Below are positions 49,194 to 58,727 of a DNA stretch of 64,000 nt, in pieces (position 1 is the first letter of the stretch; every line of letters begins with the position of its first letter). The DNA comes from Spirochaetia bacterium. Its GTDB lineage: Bacteria; Spirochaetota; Spirochaetia; SZUA-6; Bin103. The position numbers and the translations under genes are program-made. A model generated the notes under the pieces. The model was given only the letters and a program-made list of their open reading frames with translations, did no database searches and had not been told where the DNA came from. Where the stretch lies: assembly GCA_965208575.1 (NCBI GenBank), contig CBDBOV010000002.1, positions 704,001 through 768,000 of the forward strand. Direction: 5' to 3'.

Positions 49194-50561
49194 TTACGGC
49201 AAGTGGCGCATGGCGTTGCCCACTTCGTCCAGTAGGCGGTCGACGTGGCGGTCGGTCATCGGCAGCGACACGTTGCCGCCGCGCCGCGTCACGATGCCGT
49301 GGTTCATCAGCCAGAAGTACAGCCAGCGCTGCCGCGCGCCGTCGTCGCGAGCCGCCTCCCGGTAGTTGCGCGGCGCCTCGGCCAGGAAGTAGAGCTGAAA
49401 CAGCGAGCCGGCGGTCACCACGCAGCCCGGCACTCCCGCGTCGGAGAACACCCGCCGCAGGCCGTCGCCCAGCCGGGAGGTGCGCTCGTGGATTTCGCCG
49501 TACGCCGCGTCGGTCATGGTGCGCAGCGTGGCCAGGCCCGCCGCCATCACGATCGGGTTGCCGTTGTAGGTGCCCGACTGCGGAATCGCCGGGCCGCCGC
49601 CGCCCGGGTCGTACAGCGCCATGATGTCGGCGCGCCCCCCGAACGCGCCGCCCGGAGTGCCGCCGGCCACCACCTTTGCCAGGCAGGTCAGGTCGGGCCG
49701 GATGCCGTACACGCCCTGCGCGCCGCCGCGGCCGGCGCGGAAGCTCACCACCTCGTCGAAGATCAGCACGATGCCCGACTCGCGGGTGACCCGCCGCAGC
49801 GTCTCCAGGAACCCCGGCGCCGGCAGCGTCATGCCGGCGGCGGTGGACAGGGGGTCCACGATCACCGCGGCCAGCCGGTCGGCGTGCTCACGAATCAGCG
49901 TCTCGCACGCCTCACTGTCGTTGAATGGCAGCACCAGCACGTGCTCGGCGGTGCCGGGCGCCAGCCCCGCCGAGGCGGCCACCGGCAGCGGCCGTTCCGC
50001 CGGCCCCAGTTCCGCGCCCAGCGGCGGCAGGTAGCTGATCAGCGCCGGGTCGTCGATGCCGTGATAGGCGCCCTCGAACTTGGCGATCATCGGCCGCCCG
50101 GTAACGGCGCGCGCCGCCCGCAGCGCGCCCAGCACCGCCTCCGTCCCGGAACTGCAGAAGCGCAGCCGCTCCAGCGACGGGATGCGCGCTCCGAGCAGCT
50201 CCGCGAGCTCCACCTCCAGCGGACAGGGCGCGAAGTAGGCGGTGCCGCGCGCCGCCCGCGCCCCGATCGCGCGCACCACGGCGGGATGCGCATGCCCCAG
50301 GATCAGCGCGCTGGCGTTGTTCACGAAGTCGATGCGCCGGTTGCCGTCCACATCGACCAGCTCCACCCCTTCCGCACGATCCACGTACAGCGGAAACGGC
50401 TCCACGAACACCCCGGTCCGCGTGTTCCCCCCCGGAAACACCGACTGCGCCCGCTCAAACAGCCGACAGGAGGCCTCGTTCTGCTCCCGGTACTCGGTAA
50501 GGAGAGCATCGATGGAAGTCACGCCAGAGGCCGTGGTCGTGGCGGAAGCGGTCGTGCCCAT
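49194..50561 (-). CDS. Class III aminotransferase (glutamate-1-semialdehyde aminomutase-like)
   Basis: DVDGN..ID, LGHAHP, SGTEA, FEGAYHG, LIFDEV, AK...GG.P, SGTYNGN. Confidence 0.9.
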   Translation of the reverse strand: MGTTASATTTASGVTSIDALLTEYREQNEASCRLFERAQSVFPGGNTRTGVFVEPFPLYVDRAEGVELVDVDGNRRIDFVNNASALILGHAHPAVVRAIGARAARGTAYFAPCPLEVELAELLGARIPSLERLRFCSSGTEAVLGALRAARAVTGRPMIAKFEGAYHGIDDPALISYLPPLGAELGPAERPLPVAASAGLAPGTAEHVLVLPFNDSEACETLIREHADRLAAVIVDPLSTAAGMTLPAPGFLETLRRVTRESGIVLIFDEVVSFRAGRGGAQGVYGIRPDLTCLAKVVAGGTPGGAFGGRADIMALYDPGGGGPAIPQSGTYNGNPIVMAAGLATLRTMTDAAYGEIHERTSRLGDGLRRVFSDAGVPGCVVTAGSLFQLYFLAEAPRNYREAARDDGARQRWLYFWLMNHGIVTRRGGNVSLPMTDRHVDRLLDEVGNAMRHLP

Positions 50562-50606
50562 TGAACCGGCATTGTCGCATACGAGGAGAATCTTGTCCGT
50601 GAAGAG

Positions 50607-50636
50607 TTGATATCTCCATATATCCGGTTATATAGT
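50607..50636 (+). promoter_or_regulatory. Sigma70 promoter with imperfect inverted repeat (candidate ArsR site)
   Basis: TTGATA-18-TATAGT; tatat-ccggtt-atata. Confidence 0.55.
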
Positions 50637-50699
50637 TTCTCCATGCGCGTCCTCCGCCGTTGCGGAGTCGCACCTCAAGCCATCGTCAGGGAGAGTGCA

Positions 50700-51161
50700 G
50701 TGTCTCGACTACAGCTCGCCATCAACGTGACCGATCTCGACAAGGCCGTGGAGTTCTACGCGCGGATGTTCAGCACGCGGCCGGCAAAGGTGAAGCCGGG
50801 CTACGCGAACTTCGCCATTGCCGAGCCGCCCTTGAAGCTGGTGCTCTTCGAAGGTCCGGAGGGCGCGACCATCAATCATCTCGGTGTCGAGGTGGACACG
50901 GCCGAGGAGGTGAGTTCGGCCGAGCGCCGGCTCAGCGCCGCGGGCCTGCCGACGACCGGCGTCGACGAGACCGTTTGCTGCTATGCGGAGAAGGCAGAGA
51001 CCTGGGTCGTCGATCCGGACGGCGCGCGCTGGGAGTGGTACGTGAAATCGGGCGATGCCGAACAGATGCACAACACCGTCGTACGCAGCCACCCGGGCGG
51101 AGCGGAGGCGGATCGCGGCTCCGTGGCATGTTGTCACGAGTCCCTGGCCTGTTGTTCGTGA
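50700..51161 (+). CDS. ArsI/CadI family VOC metalloenzyme
   Basis: SRLQLA.NV, KPGYANF, NHLGVEV, CCYA, WV.DPDG..WE.Y. Confidence 0.9.
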   Translation: MSRLQLAINVTDLDKAVEFYARMFSTRPAKVKPGYANFAIAEPPLKLVLFEGPEGATINHLGVEVDTAEEVSSAERRLSAAGLPTTGVDETVCCYAEKAETWVVDPDGARWEWYVKSGDAEQMHNTVVRSHPGGAEADRGSVACCHESLACCS

Positions 51162-51183
51162 CTGGCGCGGCCTCTGCGAACTC

Positions 51184-51612
51184 TTGACCACGCAGAATCG
51201 ACCCACCGACGAGTCTCAGGCCGCCGGTCGGCTTGGCGCGTTGGGCAACCTCACGCGGCTGCGGATCTATCGCCTGCTCGTGCGCGCCGGAGACCGCGGG
51301 CTGAACGTTGGCTATCTGCAGCGGCTGCTCGACGTGGCGCCGTCCACGCTGGCCCATCACCTGGCGTCGCTGGTTCGCACGGGGCTTGTCCGGCAGACGC
51401 AGCGCGGCCGCGAAGTGGTCTCGCGTGCGGACTATGCCGTCATGGACGGACTGGTCGGTTTCCTCACGACCGAGTGCTGCAGCGGCGTACCCGCGGACTC
51501 GGAGCCGCACCGCAACCCCCACATGACAACGACCTGCGAACCTCGGACACCCGCCCGCTGCTGCCAGCTTGAGCTACGGGATGCCGATCAGTGCCAGTGC
51601 GGTACCGGGTAG
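51184..51612 (+). CDS. ArsR/SmtB family regulator
   Basis: ALG..TRL.IYRLLVRAG, PSTL.HHL, R.GRE, FLT.ECC; start uncertain. Confidence 0.85.
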   Translation: MTTQNRPTDESQAAGRLGALGNLTRLRIYRLLVRAGDRGLNVGYLQRLLDVAPSTLAHHLASLVRTGLVRQTQRGREVVSRADYAVMDGLVGFLTTECCSGVPADSEPHRNPHMTTTCEPRTPARCCQLELRDADQCQCGTG

Positions 51613-52985
51613 GTGTAGTTCTCGGCCAGCTTGAGGCGCTGCACCTTGCCGCCGTCGTTTACCTCGAACACCGCCAGTTCGCCGGTTGAGCTGTAGCCGT
51701 TGCTGGACTCGTAGCGGAAGACGTGCTCGGCCACCGGTGTGAGCGTAGCCATCGTGTCCAAGGGATCGTCCGCAGCCGGGTCGATGATCACCAGCTTGCC
51801 ACCGCGGACCAGCACCTGGGAGTCGCTCCAGGCATCGCGGTAGCGGCCGACGTAGCGTTGCCAGCCGGGGTCCGGCGTGACCGCTTTCGGTGCGGGTGCG
51901 GCGGCTCGCAGCACCGCCGGCAGCACCCACTGGAAGGCGCGGTAGCAGTAGCGCAGCGAATCGCAGTCGTGCGCGTTGCTGAGCACGATCACGCCGGTCT
52001 TGTCCGCGGGACGGAGGAGCATCTGGGTGCGGTACCCCGGCGCCTGACCGCTGTGCCCGACGTAGGTGGCGTTTCCCTGCCGGATCACCTTGAAACCGAG
52101 TCCCCAACCATACTCCCAGCTCGGGTCGAGCCAATGCACACGCTGCATCTCGCGCAACGTGCTGCCGCACAGGAGTTGATCGCCCCCGGCCGGGCGGTCC
52201 CGAAACTGCAGCATCGCGAACTTCGCCAGGTCGGTCACGTTGGAGGTCATGTTGGCGGCCGAGGCAATCCCGCGGTAGTCGACAAGGGCGCTCAGCACCG
52301 GCCGGTCCGCTCCGGGGAGCCGCCGTCCATGCCCCACGGCCACCCCGGCGGCGCCCGGAGGCGGCGGACCGGCCAGGGTGTCGCGCATGCCGAGCGGATC
52401 GAGGATGCGCTGTTGCACGAAGTCCTCGTAGGGCCGGCCGGAAACCGCGCCAACTACCTCGCCGGCCAGGACCAGTGCCAGGTTGGAGTACTTCCAGCGC
52501 GTTTCGGTGGGATAAGCCGTCTCCTGTCGCGGCAACCCATCTCTGACTTGGTCCCGGGTGGGGAAGTCGGCGTCGGTCCAATAGGGGAAGGCCGCCTCGC
52601 GCGGCAAGCCGGCGGTGTGGGTCAGCAGGTGGCGGATGGTGATGGCCGGTGCGTCCGGGAAGCGTTGCCTGATGTTGAACCACGGCAGGTGCCGCTCGAC
52701 AGGGTCATCGAGCTGCAGCATTCCGGCGTCGCGCAGCATCAGGATGCCGGTGCCGGTGAACAGCTTGGTGATGGAGGCGATCCGGTACCGCGTGGCTGCC
52801 GTGGCCGGGATCTGCTCGTTCAAATCGGCATAGCCGAAGCCGCGCGCCCACACCAGTTCCTGATCGTGGACGATCCCGATCGACAGGCCCGGCTCTCCGC
52901 GCTGCGCCATCTGCGCCTCGATCCACGCGCTCAGCAACTCGATGCCGGAGGCAACCTCGGGATGCGCCGCACTCTCCGCGCTCAT
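51588..52985 (-). CDS. Serine hydrolase (beta-lactamase class C/PBP family)
   Basis: ASITK (SxxK), LLTHTAG, YSN, HSG. Confidence 0.9.
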   Translation of the reverse strand: MSAESAAHPEVASGIELLSAWIEAQMAQRGEPGLSIGIVHDQELVWARGFGYADLNEQIPATAATRYRIASITKLFTGTGILMLRDAGMLQLDDPVERHLPWFNIRQRFPDAPAITIRHLLTHTAGLPREAAFPYWTDADFPTRDQVRDGLPRQETAYPTETRWKYSNLALVLAGEVVGAVSGRPYEDFVQQRILDPLGMRDTLAGPPPPGAAGVAVGHGRRLPGADRPVLSALVDYRGIASAANMTSNVTDLAKFAMLQFRDRPAGGDQLLCGSTLREMQRVHWLDPSWEYGWGLGFKVIRQGNATYVGHSGQAPGYRTQMLLRPADKTGVIVLSNAHDCDSLRYCYRAFQWVLPAVLRAAAPAPKAVTPDPGWQRYVGRYRDAWSDSQVLVRGGKLVIIDPAADDPLDTMATLTPVAEHVFRYESSNGYSSTGELAVFEVNDGGKVQRLKLAENYTYPVPHWH

Positions 52986-53109
52986 GCCCAATCGTCCACC
53001 CAACGATGCCCGCCCGGCAACCCTGGAACCGGTGCCGCCGACTCCCACCGACCCACCGAGCCTTGCAACTCTCCTGGAGTGACGGTCCTCGACTTGGTAG
53101 AATGAAGAG

Positions 53110-53328
53110 GTGTCCGCCGTGCACACCTATACTGCGGTCGTCGAGCGTTGCCCCGATACCGGGTTCTTCGTCGGTTATGTTCCTGGTTTTCCGGGCGCAC
53201 ATAGCCAAGGGGAATCGATCGAGGAGCTCTCCGAGAACCTCAAGGAGGTGATAGCGATGCTCCTCGACGATGGCGAGCCCGAGATGGAGGCAGAGTACAT
53301 CGGCACCCAGACTATCGTCGTCACCTGA
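53110..53328 (+). CDS. hicB: HicB family antitoxin
   Basis: YTAVVE...TG..VGYVPGFPGAHSQGE..EEL..NLKEVI; TAGAAT at 53098. Confidence 0.9.
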   Translation: MSAVHTYTAVVERCPDTGFFVGYVPGFPGAHSQGESIEELSENLKEVIAMLLDDGEPEMEAEYIGTQTIVVT

Positions 53329-53336
53329 GACCTCCC

Positions 53337-53567
53337 GTGCCGCCTGTCCTCAAGCCACGCGAGGTGATCGCCATTCTCTCGGCCCTCGGATTCGAGGAAG
53401 TCCGCCAGCGCGGCTCACACAAGCAGTTCCGCCACGCTGATGGCCGTGCTACGACGGTACCGGTCCACGGCGGGCGCGACATCTCGCCGGTACTCTTGCG
53501 GCGAATCGCGAGAGATGTCGGGTTGAGCGTCGTTCAGTTCACCCGGCGCCGGGGCAGGCGTCAATAA
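53337..53567 (+). CDS. hicA: HicA family toxin
   Basis: GF..VRQRGSHKQF.H.DGR.TTVP.H. Confidence 0.9.
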   Translation: MPPVLKPREVIAILSALGFEEVRQRGSHKQFRHADGRATTVPVHGGRDISPVLLRRIARDVGLSVVQFTRRRGRRQ

Positions 53568-53640
53568 GCAACATCCTGCCCTTCGCGCTCGTGCCGCACG
53601 GGTGCAGGAGGCGGGGCATTCGTGGCATGCTTGGGGGGTG

Positions 53641-55725
53641 GTGATTGATCTTCACGAGTGGTCTTACGATGGCGCCGCGCTGGTCGGGCGCGACGCGGTG
53701 GAGGCACAGGCGCTGGAGGAGCGCCGGGCGGAGTTGCGCGAGCAGCTCGACGGCAGGTTGTTCGAGCGCGACGACCTGGCCTGGTACCGCGGCGCCTGGG
53801 TGGAAGCGTTCCTGTTCATGTACGACACGTCGTTCTACGACCGCGCCGCCGGGCGCTACCGGATAGACGAGATCCTGGACGACGGCGAGCGCGAGTTCGG
53901 CGGCTACGACTTCATTCTGCTGTGGCAGTCGTATCCGCGGTTGGGGATCGACGGGCGCAACCAGCTCGACCTGTACCGCGACATGCCTGGCGGCCTGCCG
54001 GGCCTGCGCGGCATGGTGCAGCGCGCCCACGACCGCGGTGTGCGCGTATTCGTGAACTACAACCCGTGGGACGTCGGCACCCGGCGCGAGCCGGACGGGC
54101 AGGGCGACGGCGAGGGATTGGCCGGCATCATCGCGGCGATCGGCGCTGACGGCGTGTTTCTGGACACGATGACCATGGACGAGCCCGGCTTCCGCGAGCC
54201 GCTGGAGCGCGCCAATCCGTCGATCGTGTTCAACCCGGAGGGCATTCCGCCGGCGTCGGCACTGTCCTCGGTGGCCGGGAGCTGGCTGCAGCGGCGCGCG
54301 GTCACTCCACCGGGGCTGCTCACCATTCGCTGGCTGCAGCCGCGCTTTTCGTTCCGCGCCATCGAGCGCACCGCGCTCGATCGCAGCGAGGTGGTGCAGA
54401 AGGGGTTCTTCCACGGCTGCGGGCACGTGGTGTGGGAGAACATCTTCGGCTGGTGGAACCCATGGGGAGAGGCGGACCGCGCCCTGCTGCGCCGCTGCAC
54501 CTGGATTCTGCGCGAGCATGCCGGCGCATTCCAGGACATGGACTGGCAGCCCTACGTCGCGACCCTGGCCGACGGCGTATACGCGCATCGCTGGCAGGAT
54601 GGGCAGACCACGGTGCACACCCTGTTCAACGCGTCCGGGTCGCCGCTCGACGGGCCACTGCTGCGCGTTGCCGCCCGTGACGCCGCCGGCGGCGCCCTGC
54701 GCCACTATGACCTGTGGAACGGACGCGAGCTGACCGCGGCGTCGTCCGACGGCGGCGGCGAGTTCGCGACCTTGCCGGTGACGATGGCGCCCGAGTCGGC
54801 GGGCTGCATCGTGTCGGCGCCGGGGGACGCGGCGGTGCGTTTCCCGCCGCCCGACCAGCCGGCCGCCGCGGAAGCCGTGACCATGCGCGGGCGCGCCTAC
54901 CGCGACCGGGTCACGGTGGCGGACCACGAGCCGCGCCCGGTCACCGCGACGCCGCCGGTGGTGCCGGGCAGCGAGCCCGCCGACATGTGCCGGGTGGAAA
55001 GCGGTCCGCCCCTGCAGATGCAGCTCCGCCACAACGTGGCCGCCTTCATGGAGGGCGCGTGCTACGGCAGCCAGGAGGAGCACCGCGCCAAGCACCATCC
55101 GCCGCAGACGGTGGACCTGCCCACCTACTGGGTCGACCGCACCGAGGTCACCAACGCCCAGTACCGCGCGTTCCTCGAGGACGCCCGCTACTGCCCCGCC
55201 GAACTGCACAACTTCCTGCGCCACTGGGATCGCGGCGAGGCGGCGGAGGCGCCGTGGCAGTGGCGCATCCCGGACGGCAAGGAGAACCACCCGGTGGTGT
55301 GGGTGGACCTGGACGATGCCCGCGCCTACGCGCGCTGGGCCGGCAAGCGGCTGCCCGCCGAGCCGGAGTGGCACCGCGCCGCCGGCAACAACCTGTGGCC
55401 GTGGGGGGAAGTGTTCGATGCCGAACGCTGCAACGGCGCCGGCGACGACACGACCCCGGTCGACCGGTTCCCGGACGGGAGGAGCCCGTGGGGATGCCTC
55501 GACCTGGCCGGCAACGTCTGGGAGTGGACCGAGAGCGAGCGCGACGACGGCCACACCCGCTACGCAATCGTACGCGGCGGCAGCCACCTGATTGTGGTAG
55601 GCAGCAAGTGGTACCAGGCCAGCGGCGCGCAGCCCAACGACTGCCACGAGAAGGTGCTGCTGATGTACCCGGGCACCGACCGCTGTGCCACCATCGGCTT
55701 CCGCTGCGTCAAGGACGAGAGCTAA
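53641..55725 (+). CDS. FGE-sulfatase (SUMF1/EgtB/PvdO) domain protein with large N-terminal TIM-barrel-like region
   Basis: D.TEVTN.QY, HPVV.V...DA.AYA.WAGKRLP.E.EW, GNVWEW, RGGS, IGFRC. Confidence 0.85.
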   Translation: MIDLHEWSYDGAALVGRDAVEAQALEERRAELREQLDGRLFERDDLAWYRGAWVEAFLFMYDTSFYDRAAGRYRIDEILDDGEREFGGYDFILLWQSYPRLGIDGRNQLDLYRDMPGGLPGLRGMVQRAHDRGVRVFVNYNPWDVGTRREPDGQGDGEGLAGIIAAIGADGVFLDTMTMDEPGFREPLERANPSIVFNPEGIPPASALSSVAGSWLQRRAVTPPGLLTIRWLQPRFSFRAIERTALDRSEVVQKGFFHGCGHVVWENIFGWWNPWGEADRALLRRCTWILREHAGAFQDMDWQPYVATLADGVYAHRWQDGQTTVHTLFNASGSPLDGPLLRVAARDAAGGALRHYDLWNGRELTAASSDGGGEFATLPVTMAPESAGCIVSAPGDAAVRFPPPDQPAAAEAVTMRGRAYRDRVTVADHEPRPVTATPPVVPGSEPADMCRVESGPPLQMQLRHNVAAFMEGACYGSQEEHRAKHHPPQTVDLPTYWVDRTEVTNAQYRAFLEDARYCPAELHNFLRHWDRGEAAEAPWQWRIPDGKENHPVVWVDLDDARAYARWAGKRLPAEPEWHRAAGNNLWPWGEVFDAERCNGAGDDTTPVDRFPDGRSPWGCLDLAGNVWEWTESERDDGHTRYAIVRGGSHLIVVGSKWYQASGAQPNDCHEKVLLMYPGTDRCATIGFRCVKDES

Positions 55726-55889
55726 GCAGCCCGTGGCGACACTCCAGGCTGCATTCGAGCGGCGATCCATCCCGTCCGGCTGCGTTGCTCCTCGCTCACA
55801 CATGGTCGATGTGCTCGTTCGTCGTCGCGCCAGGCCTGCCGGGCGCCTCGCCGCTCTCGGTGCGATGCCGGGTTCCGCCACGGGCTGCT
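55725..55889. mobile_element. 165 bp MITE-like element with 14 bp terminal inverted repeats
   Basis: agcagcccgtggcg (55725-55738) / cgccacgggctgct (55876-55889); fills the intergenic space. Confidence 0.75.
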
Positions 55890-55893
55890 GCCG

Positions 55894-56934
55894 ATGAACG
55901 CGCAGGCGGCGCCGCCGGCGCGGGAGCCGGCAGCGGTGGTGGTGATCGGCAGCTACCTGGTGGCGCTGGTGATGGAGGTGGAGCGGTTCCCGGCCGTCGG
56001 CGAGACCGTGAACGGCGGCGGCTACTTCGAGACCCATGGCGGCAAGGGCTCCAACATGGCGGTGCAGGCCGCCCGCCTCGGCGCGCGCTGCTCGTTCGCG
56101 GGCCGCGTCGGCGACGATGCGCGCGGGCAGGCGTTCCGCGCCATGCTCACCGGCGAAGGCGTGGATACCGGTCACCTGCACCTGCAGGAGGGGATCGCCA
56201 CCGGCGTCGGCTTCGTGATCCTCGGTCCCGGCGGCCAGAACATGATTACCATCGACAGCGGCGCCAACGGGCGGTTCTCGACCGCCGACGTGGACCGCGC
56301 CGCCGCCGCGATGCGGCCCCCGGCCACCGTGCTCACCCAGCTCGAGATCCCGCTCGCCACCGCCCTGCGCGGCATGCAGCGCGGCCGTGAGGCGGGCTGC
56401 ACCACCATCCTCAACCCGGCCCCGGCGCAGGACCTGTCGGCGTACGACCTGGCAAGCGTGTCGGTGATCACGCCCAACGAGACCGAGGCGCGCGTGTGCC
56501 TGGGCATGGCGGCCTCCGAGCGTGCCGACGAGGAAACCCTGGGCCGCCGCCTGCTGGAGCGCGGCTGCGGCGCGGCGCTGCTCACCCTCGGCGAGCGCGG
56601 CTGCCTGTGCGTCACCGCCGCCGGCAGCGAGCACGTGCCCGGCTTCGCGATCGAAGAGGTGGTCGACACCACCGGCGCCGGCGACGCCTTCAACGCCACC
56701 CTCGCGGTGGCGCTTTCCGAGGGCCGGCCGCTCGTGGAGGCGGCGCGCTTCGCCAACGCCGCCGCTGCACTGTGCTGCACCCGGCTCGCCACCCTGCCCG
56801 CCTACCACACGCGCGAACAGGTCGACACATTCCTCGAGTCTGTACGGTCACCCCGTGACACGGACGACGATCAAGACCGATACCGAAGCATCGCCAGCCG
56901 GCCGGCGCTTTCGGACAAGGAACAACGAACATGA
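55894..56934 (+). CDS. rbsK: Ribokinase (PfkB family)
   Basis: GGKGSN.AV.AARLG, LNPAP, PNETE, VDTTGAGDAF. Confidence 0.88.
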   Translation: MNAQAAPPAREPAAVVVIGSYLVALVMEVERFPAVGETVNGGGYFETHGGKGSNMAVQAARLGARCSFAGRVGDDARGQAFRAMLTGEGVDTGHLHLQEGIATGVGFVILGPGGQNMITIDSGANGRFSTADVDRAAAAMRPPATVLTQLEIPLATALRGMQRGREAGCTTILNPAPAQDLSAYDLASVSVITPNETEARVCLGMAASERADEETLGRRLLERGCGAALLTLGERGCLCVTAAGSEHVPGFAIEEVVDTTGAGDAFNATLAVALSEGRPLVEAARFANAAAALCCTRLATLPAYHTREQVDTFLESVRSPRDTDDDQDRYRSIASRPALSDKEQRT

Positions 56935-57770
56935 GCATGAAACTGGGGTTCTCCACGCTCGGCTGCCCGGCTTGGCCCTACGAGACCATCGTGGCGCGGG
57001 CGCGTGAGTACGGTTTCGATGGCTTCGAGATCCGCGGCGTGATGGGCGAGATGGACTTGCTCAAGGTGCCCGAGTTGCAGGCGGGACGCCGCGCCGAGAC
57101 GCTGCGCATGGCGCACGACGCCGGCCTGGAGATCATGATGCTGATGACCGGCTGCAAGTTCTCATCCGCCTCGGCCGTCGACCGGCAGGCCAATATCGAC
57201 GAGGCGAAGGCCAACATCGACCTGGCGCGCGCCATGGGGGTCGACAAGATCCGCCTGTACGGCGGCAACATCGCCCCGGACGTCGGCCCCGGACAGGCCT
57301 ACGGCTGGATCGCCGAGTGCCTGCGCACCGTGGCCGAATACGGCGCCACCGTCGGCGTCGCAGCAGCGATCGAGACGCACGACGGCTTCGTCGACTCGTT
57401 CCTGGTCAGGGACATGCTCGCGCGCGTGGATCACCCGTTCATGAAGGTGGAGTGGGACGTGCATCACCCGTGGCGCATGTTCGGGCAGACCCCGGCCCAG
57501 TGTTGGGAAAACCTCGGCGCGCACGTGGTGGACACCCACTTCAAGGACTCGTTCCTGACCGAAGGCGACAAGGACGGCTACCGCTACTGCCTGCTCGGCG
57601 ACGGCGACATGCCGGTGCGCGACGCGCTGCGCGTGCTCCAGGCCGGCGGCTACGACGGCTACCTCACGCTGGAGTGGGAGAAGGCGTGGAAGGACTACCT
57701 GCCCGAGCCGGAGGTCGGCTTTCCGCAATACGTCGGGCAGATGCGCGCCTACCTGGCCGAACTGGAATGA
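56931..57770 (+). CDS. Sugar phosphate isomerase/epimerase
   Basis: KLGFSTLGCP.W, IETHD, WDVHH, HFKD, LEWEK. Confidence 0.9.
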   Translation: MSMKLGFSTLGCPAWPYETIVARAREYGFDGFEIRGVMGEMDLLKVPELQAGRRAETLRMAHDAGLEIMMLMTGCKFSSASAVDRQANIDEAKANIDLARAMGVDKIRLYGGNIAPDVGPGQAYGWIAECLRTVAEYGATVGVAAAIETHDGFVDSFLVRDMLARVDHPFMKVEWDVHHPWRMFGQTPAQCWENLGAHVVDTHFKDSFLTEGDKDGYRYCLLGDGDMPVRDALRVLQAGGYDGYLTLEWEKAWKDYLPEPEVGFPQYVGQMRAYLAELE

Positions 57771-57861
57771 GGCGCCTGCGCTGTTCCGTGACGTCGACGG
57801 CGGCGAACACCGATGCGCGAGGCTCCCTCGCTGGCCGGCACGTCCGCACCAGGGTACGGCA

Positions 57862-58725
57862 GTGCGGCTCGGCGTAGTCGGCCTGGTGCCGGGAGATCCG
57901 CGCGCGATCACCGGCGGGCAGTTGCAGCGGGTGGCCGCCCTCGGCGTATCGGCGGCCTGCTTCCATGTCCCCGGCGCGGTGCTGGCCGCCGTGACCGGCA
58001 GCGACCTGCGCGCCTGCCGGCGGCGCTACCGGGATGCCGGCCTTGGGCTGGCGCAGATGGGCGTCGGCTACGGCGAGTGCCTGTTCGACCCCGACCCGGC
58101 GGTGCGCGCCGCCATCGGGGCCACCATCGCGCGCGGCCTCCAGGCGGCGGGCGAGTTGGACGCCGGCGTGGTGCTGATCCGCACCGGCAGCCTCAGCCCC
58201 ACCGGCTCCTACAGCCCGTCGCCGCGCAACCACGAACCGGGCCGCCTGGAGACGCTGATCGGCGAGCTGCGTACCGTTGCCGCCGCCGCCGAGTCGGTCG
58301 GCATCACGGTGGTGGTGGAGACCCACAACCTGACCATTCTCGGCACCCCGGAGATCAACCGGCAGGTGATCGAGGCGGTGGGCTCGCCGCGGCTCGGGGT
58401 GGTGATGGACTTCGTCAACCACTTCCAGTCGCTTGAGCAGGCCTACGCCAGTACCGCGCGCATCGACCACATCTTCGACGTGATGGGCCCGATCGCCCCG
58501 ATCGGCCACATCAAGGACCTGGCCACCGCGGACGGCTTCGTCGTGCACCTCAACGAGGCCCTCCCGGGAGAGGGCTGCCTGGACCTGCACACCGCGGTGC
58601 GGCGCTGGGAGGCGCTGGCGCCCGACCGCTACCTGCTGGTGGAGCACCTGCCCGACGAACGCATCCCGACCGCGGTGGCCAACGTGCAGCGCATCGCCGC
58701 CGAAGCGGGCGTGGCGATCCGCTGA
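57862..58725 (+). CDS. Sugar phosphate isomerase/epimerase
   Basis: VETH, MD.VN, HIKD, PGEG.LD, VEH. Confidence 0.85.
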   Translation: MRLGVVGLVPGDPRAITGGQLQRVAALGVSAACFHVPGAVLAAVTGSDLRACRRRYRDAGLGLAQMGVGYGECLFDPDPAVRAAIGATIARGLQAAGELDAGVVLIRTGSLSPTGSYSPSPRNHEPGRLETLIGELRTVAAAAESVGITVVVETHNLTILGTPEINRQVIEAVGSPRLGVVMDFVNHFQSLEQAYASTARIDHIFDVMGPIAPIGHIKDLATADGFVVHLNEALPGEGCLDLHTAVRRWEALAPDRYLLVEHLPDERIPTAVANVQRIAAEAGVAIR

Positions 58726-58727
58726 AC

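Noticed and set aside
49194-50561. Calling the aminotransferase hemL
   Set aside because: No tetrapyrrole context and a divergent sequence; GSA-like paralogs are common
51588-52985. Serine hydrolase and AAC(3) gene as antibiotic-resistance determinants
   Set aside because: Both families are broad, motifs do not establish substrate, and the AAC(3) copy is truncated
57771-57861. Intergenic stretch as another degenerate gene-start duplication
   Set aside because: Similarity to neighbouring gene starts is too weak to distinguish from chance
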